DNA of 64,000 bases, taken from Acidobacteriota bacterium (lineage in GTDB: Bacteria; Acidobacteriota; Vicinamibacteria; Vicinamibacterales; 2-12-FULL-66-21). Below the pieces are notes generated by a model. It did not search any database and had not been told where the DNA came from. It saw nothing but the letters and a program-made list of their open reading frames with translations. The DNA is taken from contig JBKPNQ010000004.1 in the NCBI GenBank assembly GCA_046732715.1, positions 4,150-68,149 of the forward strand. Direction: 5' to 3'. This document shows, piece by piece, positions 49,697-57,554 of the stretch; position 1 is the stretch's first letter, and every line of letters starts with the position of its first letter. Made by a program: the position numbers and the translations under genes.

Positions 49697-50143
49697 TTAC
49701 GCGCGTGGGGGAGGAGCGTCGGGAGGTTGGAACTGTCGAATCAGTTGAATCGTGGAAGGAAGCGCGTCGCCGGCGACCGGAAAGTCGATTGTTGAGGCAA
49801 CCGAAGCTGTCAACACGCCATCAGTCGAGAGCAGGGCCAGCAGCGCTGCGGTTGGACCGCCGCACGTGCCGCGAAGTGCGCAATCGTGCCCAGGCGTTGA
49901 TCCTGCCGGCGCCGCCGCGTCGTGCATCTGGCCGTGATCGTGATGCATCGACCGGGAAGTGGTCTCGTCCGCCGGCGTCGGGCAGTGCGCAACCGCCGCC
50001 TGCTCGTGGCCACCGCTGTGGGCGGCGGAACCTGAGTGATGCGCCAGGCAGCAGGCCCTCGGGACGAGCGTCGAGAGCGACATCACCTGGAAAAGGATCC
50101 AGGCCGCCGACAAAAGACGCAGGCGCTGACGAAATGCGGCCAT
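49697..50143 (-). CDS. Cys/His-rich exported leader protein with Pro-rich C-terminus (DUF2946/CruR-like architecture)
   Basis: N-terminal hydrophobic segment, CCLAHH, HCP, MHHDHGQMH, CALRGTC, ends QPPDAPPPRA-stop; directly upstream of the TonB receptor. Confidence 0.65.
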   Translation of the reverse strand: MAAFRQRLRLLSAAWILFQVMSLSTLVPRACCLAHHSGSAAHSGGHEQAAVAHCPTPADETTSRSMHHDHGQMHDAAAPAGSTPGHDCALRGTCGGPTAALLALLSTDGVLTASVASTIDFPVAGDALPSTIQLIRQFQPPDAPPPRA

Positions 50144-50193
50144 TGATCTGGAACAGATTAACCAACTAAGGGCACCGGCGCAACCGATGGATA

Positions 50194-50210
50194 CGCACAG
50201 AGCGTGCCAG
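50194..50210 (-). promoter_or_regulatory. sigma54 (-24/-12) promoter of the leader-receptor-BNR operon
   Basis: Minus strand CTGGCACGCTCTGTGCG, GG-N10-GC, about 50 nt upstream of ATG 50143. Confidence 0.6.
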
Positions 50211-50343
50211 ACGCTATCGCCAGAAAATGGCGGAAACAGCCCGGAACCGCTCGGCGCGCGTAAGCGCTTACGCTGAATTGTCAAATCCGCGTTTGCAGAT
50301 CCCTTGCCTGGATAGTGATGTGAAACGACGATCCCTTTCGCGG

Positions 50344-50713
50344 CTATTCAAATCGACGTGCATCGATCGGATCGACCTCAGCCGCCCGGCGAGCCGGGTA
50401 CCAGCCAAAGAAAATGCCGATGAATGCCGCGAACGCGAATGAGCCGAGCGCGGTGGAACTGGAGATGTCCGTGGGCCATTCCAGGAATGGAGTCAGGCTC
50501 GTTGAGATGATGTATCCGAGCGCGATGCCGACGATGCCGCCGGCCGCAGAGACGAAAACGGCCTCGGTCGGCGGTTTGGGCGCCGCTGCCGAGGGCGACG
50601 ATGGTGATGACCGCGGCGACGCCGACGGCAATGCCAACCATAGTGAGGATCGTGCGGAACAGGTTGCGGCGCAGGGCTTTGAGCGCGACCGCCACAATCG
50701 ATGACGCGGACAT
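50344..50713 (-). pseudogene. MacB-like ABC permease remnant (internal deletion with frameshift)
   Basis: One frame reads ALKALRRNLFRTILTMVGIAVGVAAVITIVALGSGAQT; near 50569 another frame continues TEAVFVSAAGG..IGIFFGWYPARRAAEVDPIDARRFE; middle of the protein absent. Confidence 0.85.
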
Positions 50714-50735
50714 GCCATCGATCGTACTACGACGT

Positions 50736-50753
50736 TAGTTTGAGCTCAAATCA
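50736..50753. promoter_or_regulatory. Palindromic operator 1 (candidate MarR site)
   Basis: TAGTTT-GAGCTC-AAATCA between the macB remnant and marR. Confidence 0.6.
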
Positions 50754-50825
50754 TTGGACCCTCGAGGCAAGTGCCGCCGTCGGCTGCCTCGCCCCGGGGT
50801 CGCCAATCCATGATAAAAACGCGGG

Positions 50826-51293
50826 GTGAAGCGTCCGACCCGCCCCGTAGACACGCCGGCGGCGCTGCCGGACGTGCTGGAATTCATGCAGCTGCTGTGG
50901 GCGGTGGTGCACGGCCTGGAGCGATCGTCGAAGCGTATGAGCCGCGCGCTCGGCGTGACCGGGCCGCAGCGGCTGGTGCTGCGGGTGGTCGGGCTGTTCC
51001 CGGGGCTGTCGGCCGGGGACCTTGCGACCATCATGCATGTCCACCCCAGCACGCTGACCGGCGTGCTCCAGCGCCTGACCTCGCAGAGACTTCTCCACCG
51101 GATCGACGACCCGCGCGACCGTCGCCGCGCCATTCTCCGCCTGACGCCGGGCGGCCGGCGGGTGAACGCGGTTCGCGCCGGCACGGTGGAGTCCGCGGTC
51201 GCCGCCGCCCTCGCCGGGGTCAGCCACCTCGATCGGGTCGCCACGAAACGGGTGCTCGAGCGCCTGGCCAGGTATCTGCAGCCCTCCGATTGA
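50826..51293 (+). CDS. MarR family transcriptional regulator
   Basis: GVTGPQRLVL, SAGDLA..HVHPSTLTGVLQRL, DPRDRR..LRLTPGG. Confidence 0.92.
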   Translation: MKRPTRPVDTPAALPDVLEFMQLLWAVVHGLERSSKRMSRALGVTGPQRLVLRVVGLFPGLSAGDLATIMHVHPSTLTGVLQRLTSQRLLHRIDDPRDRRRAILRLTPGGRRVNAVRAGTVESAVAAALAGVSHLDRVATKRVLERLARYLQPSD

Positions 51294-51300
51294 ACTACAA

Positions 51301-51318
51301 TAGTTTCAGGTCAAACTA
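51301..51318. promoter_or_regulatory. Palindromic operator 2 (candidate MarR site) abutting a TACAAT -10 box
   Basis: TAGTTT-CAGGTC-AAACTA; TACAAT at 51296-51301; GGAGG RBS downstream. Confidence 0.65.
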
Positions 51319-51335
51319 ATCGGAGGGATTCAATC

Positions 51336-51905
51336 ATGACCTCGAGTGCCCATCCGTCCAGGCTGTGGGTGATCTGTACTGTCGTCGCCATCGTCGCCAT
51401 GGTGGCTCCGCCGATTCGCGCGGCTGGCGGTGGTGGATCCGCGGCACTGGCGACCGAGCTGACGTCGCTCCTGACCGATCGACATCTCGATTCGATCGCC
51501 GCTCAGGACCCTGAGGCCGCCAATCGCTTCATCGCTGCCCTGTTGATCCCGGACGCGCAGCTGCTGGTCGTCTCCGCGGATTACCCGGCGCCGGCCGAAC
51601 TCCAGGCGCAGCTCACACAGAAGAACTATCGCGACGTGTACGCGGCGCTGCACCAGCCAGCATCGCTTCAGACCCGGTTGTTCTTCATTGATGCCGGGTG
51701 CGACGGGCTGAAATCGGGCGCGGACACCGTCGACGTCCTCTACGAAAGAGGCAAACAGACCATGTTCGACGGCCACTGGAAGCAGCAAGGCTTGTCGGAA
51801 GCTGCGTATACCAAGAAGGTGGGAGAGTCCGACGAGCAGTACGCGAAGATGCTGACGGTCCTGCTCACCGCGTTGAAAGCGCCCGCGGCGAGCGCTGCCC
51901 GCTAG
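51336..51905 (+). CDS. Secreted hypothetical protein
   Basis: GGAGG RBS, signal peptide, 189 aa, host-like codon usage. Confidence 0.8.
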   Translation: MTSSAHPSRLWVICTVVAIVAMVAPPIRAAGGGGSAALATELTSLLTDRHLDSIAAQDPEAANRFIAALLIPDAQLLVVSADYPAPAELQAQLTQKNYRDVYAALHQPASLQTRLFFIDAGCDGLKSGADTVDVLYERGKQTMFDGHWKQQGLSEAAYTKKVGESDEQYAKMLTVLLTALKAPAASAAR

Positions 51906-51920
51906 CGCGCGGCCCCGGCG

Positions 51921-54086
51921 TTATCCGACAACCCGTACGTCGATGTCGGCTTCGGAACGGAGGACGGTCACATCGATGTCCGCGTCGTGCCGCTCGACCA
52001 GCAAGTCAACCTGTCCCCACGGCAGATTGAGGTTGAGTGCGCGGAACCACGTCAGAAAAGGCGGCAACGTCGCCCGCTCGAAGGACAGGCGTCGCGCATC
52101 GGCGTCAATCGACAGCCCAAGGCACGCCTGGATCATCTGAAAAACGACGCCCGACGCCCATGCCTGCGGCGAGCAGGCGACCGGATACCGCGTCGGGCCT
52201 TCGCCGGCGCGCCGATGAAAACCGCAGAAGAGTTCCGGCAGGCGGCCATCCATCGTCACGCTGGCATCGAACAACGCGGTGAACGGCGCGGTGACCAGAT
52301 CGAGAAATCCATAGCGCGAGAACCCGGCGGCAATCAGTCCGTTGTCGTGCGGCCACACCGAGCCGTTGTGGTAGGACATCGGATTGTAGCGACCCTCGGT
52401 TGCGCTGACCGTCCGGATGCCCCACCCAGAGAACACGTCCGGAGCAATCAGCTGCTCAGCCACTCGGCGGGCTCGGGCGCGGGAAGCAATCCCGCCAAAC
52501 AGGCAGTGCCCGGCATTTGACGTCCGCACGCTGCACGGCTGTTTTCGGCCGTCGAGGGCCAGCGCGTAGGTCGACCGAGCATCGCACCAGAAGTGTTCCT
52601 CGAAGGCGGCCCGTAGTTGCTCCGCGCTTCGGCGCAATCGGGCGCCATGCGTGTGTTCGCCGAGCGCGTCCGCCATCCGCGCCGCGCGTATTCGCGCGTC
52701 ATAGACGTAGGCCTGCACTTCGCAGAGCGCGATCGGCGGATCGGCCAGCGAGCCGTCCTCGTGAAACACCGAGTCCTGTGAGTCCTTCCATCCCTGCTGC
52801 ACCAGGCCGTTGGCCGATCGCCGCGCGTATTCAATGAATCCATCGCCGTCGCGGTCGCCGTAGCGGTCGATCCAGTCCAGTGCGCGGGTCACGTGCGGCC
52901 AGAGGCGCGCCAGAAACTCCCGCTCGCCGGTCCGCTCGAAATAGGCGCCGGCCAGGATCACGAAGAGCGGCGTCGCATCGACGCTGCCGTAGTACCGCCC
53001 GAATGGCACCTCACCGAGCCGCGCCATCTCGCTGCTGCGGGTTTCGTGAAGGATCTTTCCCGGCTCGGCATCCTGCTGTTCGTCGACATCGGTCGCCTGT
53101 GTGGCGGCCAGGTACTCGAGGACGCCGCATGCGATCTGCGGATTCACCCATAGCGATTGCAAGGCGGTGATGATTCCGTCGCGACCGAACGGAGTGCTGA
53201 ACCACGGCACGCCCGCGTACGGATATCGGCCGTGCGGGGTGACGGACACCAGCATGCGCAGGTCAGCGGCCGAGCGGCGGATCCATTGGTTGAATCGCTC
53301 GCTCGAGCTCTCGAAGATCGCGTATTCACCTCGCGCCGCCTCCTGAAATGCCTCGGCTGCAGATTCGGCGACTTCGATCGGCCGCGCGGCCACCGGCCGC
53401 CATTCCCGCTGGCACCGAATCGCCATCGAGAGCGATACCGGTGTGCGGGGCGTGAGCTCGTATTCGAACCGCGCCAGGGTTCCGGTGGCGGCGGCCGGCG
53501 GTTCGCTCCATTCGATCGCCGTCCACCGCTGCTCGCCGTCGAGGCCGCGGTATCCGAGGCGAGTCGTGGCGCCGTCGACGAGCGGCGGCGTCAGCTCGCC
53601 GCGCTTCTCGCGCGTCGTCCCGCGCACTTCGAAGATGTCTGCGAAATCGGCATCGAACTCGAAGGTGAGCGAGACCGGCACTGGCGTGCGGCTGTAGTTC
53701 CAGAGCCGGATTCGCTCGTACCAGGTGCCGTCCCACAGGAATCGCGCGCGAAACAGGTGAACGAGATCGCGCGCGATCACGAGACTGCCGTCATCGAGCG
53801 GAATGTCGGGATTGGTCAGGTCGACGCTGAAGAGCTCGTTGTCGTCCTTGACTCGGGCGCTGAGGAGCAGCGGCCGTTGCCCGTTCAATCTCAAACGAAG
53901 CACCGACAAGTACCTGGTGCCCTCGTGGTAGAGCCCCTGCTCGCAGGCGCCGAACGTCCCGATGTCGCCCGAGTGATCGAACACGGCGAAGGTGTCGTCG
54001 TGCTTCAGGACGGCGGTCGGCTGCACCGCCTGCGAGGCGGTGGCGAGAATATAGAACTGATCCTGCACGCGAATGACGTCGTTCAT
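51921..54086 (-). CDS. Amylo-alpha-1,6-glucosidase / glycogen debranching family
   Basis: LKHDDTFAVFD..GD, AGVPWFSTPFGRD, DAEPGKILHE, YYGSVDATPLF, QGWKDS, YNPMSYHNGSVWPHDN, LPELFCG, ACSPQAW. Confidence 0.93.
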   Translation of the reverse strand: MNDVIRVQDQFYILATASQAVQPTAVLKHDDTFAVFDHSGDIGTFGACEQGLYHEGTRYLSVLRLRLNGQRPLLLSARVKDDNELFSVDLTNPDIPLDDGSLVIARDLVHLFRARFLWDGTWYERIRLWNYSRTPVPVSLTFEFDADFADIFEVRGTTREKRGELTPPLVDGATTRLGYRGLDGEQRWTAIEWSEPPAAATGTLARFEYELTPRTPVSLSMAIRCQREWRPVAARPIEVAESAAEAFQEAARGEYAIFESSSERFNQWIRRSAADLRMLVSVTPHGRYPYAGVPWFSTPFGRDGIITALQSLWVNPQIACGVLEYLAATQATDVDEQQDAEPGKILHETRSSEMARLGEVPFGRYYGSVDATPLFVILAGAYFERTGEREFLARLWPHVTRALDWIDRYGDRDGDGFIEYARRSANGLVQQGWKDSQDSVFHEDGSLADPPIALCEVQAYVYDARIRAARMADALGEHTHGARLRRSAEQLRAAFEEHFWCDARSTYALALDGRKQPCSVRTSNAGHCLFGGIASRARARRVAEQLIAPDVFSGWGIRTVSATEGRYNPMSYHNGSVWPHDNGLIAAGFSRYGFLDLVTAPFTALFDASVTMDGRLPELFCGFHRRAGEGPTRYPVACSPQAWASGVVFQMIQACLGLSIDADARRLSFERATLPPFLTWFRALNLNLPWGQVDLLVERHDADIDVTVLRSEADIDVRVVG

Positions 54087-55145
54087 TCAAGACTCCGGCG
54101 GGGCAGTGGGTTTCAACGCGGCAATCGTGCGCGCATAGACGTCGAGATACCCGTCGGCCATTTTGGCGACCGAGAAATTCGATTCGACGAACGACCGGCA
54201 GGCAGTCGGATCGAGATCCAGCGATGAGATGCGCCTGGCCATGTCGTCGACGTCCGAACAGATCCACCCATTCACGCCGTTGCGGACGATTTCTTCAACC
54301 GCGCCGCCGGCGAAGGCGAGCACCGGTGTTCCGCACGCCATCGCCTCGATGAGAACGAGCCCGAACGGTTCTTGCCACTGAATCGGGAAGAGCAGGGCGC
54401 TGGCCTTGGCGAGCAGCGCATTCTTGGCGGCGAAGTCTGCTTCGCCGACGTACTCAATCTGATCGCCGTCAACGAATGGCACGACCTCCTGTTGCCAATA
54501 GTCGTTGAAGAGCGGCTGAATTTCACCGGCGAGCTTGAGCTGCACGCCGGCACGAAGCGCGGCGGCAATCGCCAGATGCGGGCCTTTACACGGGGCCATG
54601 CGGCCGAGAAAGGCGACGTACTTCTCTTTTTCATTCGACATGCGATAGTCCGAGACCGGAATGCCGTGATGCACCACTCGAACGCGGGGCATCGGCTCCG
54701 TCCGCGCGAGCCACTCGGCTATCGCGACGTAGCACGTGTCGGGGTATCTCACGTACTGTTGGGTCAATTCCTCATCGTGAGGATGGTGGATCGTCAGGAC
54801 AGCCGGGACATCGATGAATCTCGTGAACGGCAGGCCGACCACGTCGTTGAGATGAATGACGTCGGCCCACGTTGACGCATCTTTCATCGCCCACGCCGTG
54901 TGATCGGCATTCTTGAGCTGCGACTGCGCGGATCCGTCAGGCGGCCAGTCGGAGTGTTCGTAGCGCCATTTGACCGGACACGGTGTGTCCGATTCGCCGT
55001 TGGCGTAGACGACGACGTCGTGGCCCCGCATGTAGAGCTCGGACGCCAGGTTGGCGATGAAAAGCTCAGTGCCTCCATATCGCCTTGGGGGAATTTCAAT
55101 GAATGGTGGTCCTATTAATGCGATGCGCCGTAACGGTTGAGTCAA
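54087..55145 (-). CDS. Glycosyltransferase family 4
   Basis: IPPRRYGGTE, HHGI, FLGRMAPCKG, LLFPIQWQEPFGLVLIEAMACGTPV. Confidence 0.93.
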   Translation of the reverse strand: MTQPLRRIALIGPPFIEIPPRRYGGTELFIANLASELYMRGHDVVVYANGESDTPCPVKWRYEHSDWPPDGSAQSQLKNADHTAWAMKDASTWADVIHLNDVVGLPFTRFIDVPAVLTIHHPHDEELTQQYVRYPDTCYVAIAEWLARTEPMPRVRVVHHGIPVSDYRMSNEKEKYVAFLGRMAPCKGPHLAIAAALRAGVQLKLAGEIQPLFNDYWQQEVVPFVDGDQIEYVGEADFAAKNALLAKASALLFPIQWQEPFGLVLIEAMACGTPVLAFAGGAVEEIVRNGVNGWICSDVDDMARRISSLDLDPTACRSFVESNFSVAKMADGYLDVYARTIAALKPTAPPES

Positions 55146-55465
55146 CGTGTGGCCCCGTCGAGGATGTCTATTGGCCAGCTAGTGCAAGCCACGGTCCACA
55201 ACGACAAGGGACAAGAGACACTGACCACGGAAAGAAACGGTTGTGTTCGGGCCGAAAGGTTTGACCAGTGTTACGCCTACGTTACTAAGTTGCGCGAGCT
55301 CAGCGACGGAAGTATCGGTGCGCGGTGGCCTACGACACGCCTTCCGCCCCGTCCGGTCGAAAGGGGCGACGGCGAGACTTTGATGGGGGATCGGTCAGGG
55401 ACTGGTTCAGCTGTGGCGTCGCAGGCTGACTCCGGTTCCTCGCCGATCCGATCGAGGCACATCTG

Positions 55466-55837
55466 ATGAAGTTTGCGAAGATCGTTTTCACAGGCGCTGG
55501 CATCTGGGGCCTGTTGGTGCTCTCGCCTCTGTACTTCCTGTTCGACGCTGTCGGCCAGAAATACCCGCCACCGGTTACGCACCCTGACTTTTATTACGGG
55601 TTCGTCGGCTTGGGGCTCGCGTGGCAGTTGGCGTTCCTTGTCATCGGCAGGGATCCTGTCCGCTTCCGTCCGATGATGATTCCAGCTGTCTGCGAAAAGG
55701 CCTTCTACGTGATCAGCCTGTTGACGCTGTACATGACAGGAAGCATCGAGGCCGGACAACTTGCTGTCGGCGGCCCTGACTTGCTTCTTGGCTGTCTATT
55801 CGTGTCGGCGTTTGTGAAGACCCCTCGACTCGCCTGA
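55466..55837 (+). CDS. Small membrane hypothetical protein
   Basis: GAGG RBS; about four hydrophobic segments; HPDFYYGF, DPVRFRPMM..EK. Confidence 0.75.
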   Translation: MKFAKIVFTGAGIWGLLVLSPLYFLFDAVGQKYPPPVTHPDFYYGFVGLGLAWQLAFLVIGRDPVRFRPMMIPAVCEKAFYVISLLTLYMTGSIEAGQLAVGGPDLLLGCLFVSAFVKTPRLA

Positions 55838-55930
55838 CTGTCGCTCAGGGCACGCCCGCGGCCAGGAGCCAACAGCCAGGCGCCAAGCAGCTCGCCGTAA
55901 GCAAGCGCACACTTCACGCGAGTCGAAGGG

Positions 55931-56635
55931 TCATCGCGTCGATGTGCTGTCGAGACAGATCAGTTGCTGCTGCTGGTCGTGCGTCAATCGGAGATGGCCA
56001 GGCTTCGGGAAGGCCAGATCGTTGACGCTGAGAGTTCCGCGCAGCAATCCGACGGTCGAGTGATTCGTCGTGTCGAGGAGGTAGTGCGCGAGCTCATGGG
56101 CGAGCGCTACACCCAGCATCTGTACAAGGATCAGGTCGCGCTCCACACGCGATCGTGAGAGGAACGGCCGGCCTTCGATCTCTGCTCCTGTGGCCAGCGC
56201 CTCGGCGTTGGCCGGCCACAGGTGAATGTATGGCGTCGCGTGGCCACCCGAGAACAGCGTATCGCCGAGGATCGTGGGTCGAAAGCCGGTCGCGGTGGTC
56301 GTCGTGCCACGTGAAATGACCACGGCGATTGCGTCAGTGCCCGTGCTCGGTTCGATGCAGACGCCATACGGGTTCCAAATCCGGTTTGCCATCTCGAGGA
56401 TCCGCTTGATTCCGGTATCGTCGATATCGGGCTGATTATAGATTTTCAGCCCGAGCACGCGGGACTGGAGTGCTTCGGCTGCGCACTCGGAGCAGCCCTG
56501 ACAGCGTGTCGATACTCGCTCGCGATCGGGTGAAGCTGCGAGCGCTGGTGCCGCAAGGCAGCCAAGTAGCGGAATCATCAGCACGCAGGCTCCGAGCCGC
56601 CGCGGCTGACGCGTCAATCGCGTCGTCATTGCCAT
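55931..56635 (-). CDS. Secreted HExxH (zincin-like) hypothetical protein
   Basis: AAGGA RBS, signal-like segment, LGVALAHELAHYLL..H..GLL. Confidence 0.7.
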   Translation of the reverse strand: MAMTTRLTRQPRRLGACVLMIPLLGCLAAPALAASPDRERVSTRCQGCSECAAEALQSRVLGLKIYNQPDIDDTGIKRILEMANRIWNPYGVCIEPSTGTDAIAVVISRGTTTTATGFRPTILGDTLFSGGHATPYIHLWPANAEALATGAEIEGRPFLSRSRVERDLILVQMLGVALAHELAHYLLDTTNHSTVGLLRGTLSVNDLAFPKPGHLRLTHDQQQQLICLDSTSTR

Positions 56636-56678
56636 GTAAATCCTTCGGCGTTGGAGAAGCGTCAACGCCCACACTAAG

Positions 56679-56706
56679 GTAGGGCTCGATTACGCGAGTT
56701 CTTTCA
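56679..56706 (-). promoter_or_regulatory. Shared motif copy 3: TGAAAGA-N16-CCTAC (candidate ECF promoter)
   Basis: Minus strand tgaaaga actcgcgtaatcgagc cctac, 44 nt before ATG 56635. Confidence 0.55.
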
Positions 56707-56758
56707 GGAACCGAACGTCCACTGAGTGGCGCGACCGCGCGACGAATTGCGGCAGGGA

Positions 56759-57510
56759 TCAGGAGATCCGTACGGGGAATCGGAGAGGGCTGTGTGCGCT
56801 CGAGTCACGACCGAATCGAGAGGACGCCCCATATCTCCCGGCGACACGATTGCGTCCTGCGCGCTTCGCTCGATACAACGCGGCGTCGGCTTCCTCGATC
56901 CACTCGAGCGCCGACTGCTCTTGCGCGAGTTCGACGACGCCGATGCTGATCGAGACGTGCGCTCCAGGCACCAGCCGCGCGTCCTGCACCAAGCGGCGGA
57001 GATCCTCGGCAACGAACAGCGCATCGCTGAAGCGTGTTCCGGACAACAGCAGGACGAATTCTTCGCCGCCTGCGCGGAACAGCGCGTCGACCTTGCGCAC
57101 CCGTTGTCCCGCCAGCGCGACCAGCGATTTGAGAACGCGGTCTCCCTCGGCGTGCCCGAGTGCATCGTTGATGTCTTTGAATCGATCGATGTCGAACATC
57201 AGAACCGTGGCGCGTTCACCAGATCGGCGTCGCCGTTCGACCGCCGCCGCCAGCGTCGTGTGCATCTGCCGCCGGTTGTACGCGCCGGTCAGCGGATCGG
57301 TGATCACCTGCTCTTCGAGCATGTGAACCCGATGCTGAAGCGCCGCCACTCTGACTACCGCGACTGCCGCGACCGCAAGAACGACCAGATTGACAGTCAC
57401 TGCAGCGGCGCTCAGAAAGTCCGCGACGTCCCGGCATGGGGCGTACGAACGGTGCTGATTGAGGCGAGAGCAAGCCGAGTCCAGAAGCGGCGCAAAGCCA
57501 CTCGATCCAT
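56759..57510 (-). CDS. GGDEF diguanylate cyclase with N-terminal TM helix; 5' end apparently frameshifted
   Basis: TDPLTGAYNRR, DIDRFKDINDALGHAEGD, FRAGGEEF, SISIG, ADAALYRAKRAGRNR; the GGAGG-ATG at 57510 is out of frame with the domain. Confidence 0.8.
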
Positions 57511-57527
57511 CCGTACCTCCCAGCGAA

Positions 57528-57554
57528 ATAGGCGACGGTGAACGAAATCTTTCA
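57528..57554 (-). promoter_or_regulatory. Shared motif copy 2: TGAAAGA-N15-CCTAT
   Basis: Minus strand tgaaaga tttcgttcaccgtcg cctat, overlapping the CHAT stop codon, upstream of the GGDEF RBS. Confidence 0.5.

Noticed and set aside
55146-55465. Structured ncRNA or riboswitch in the 320-bp spacer
   Set aside because: No recognisable conserved RNA motif by eye; a covariance-model search would be needed
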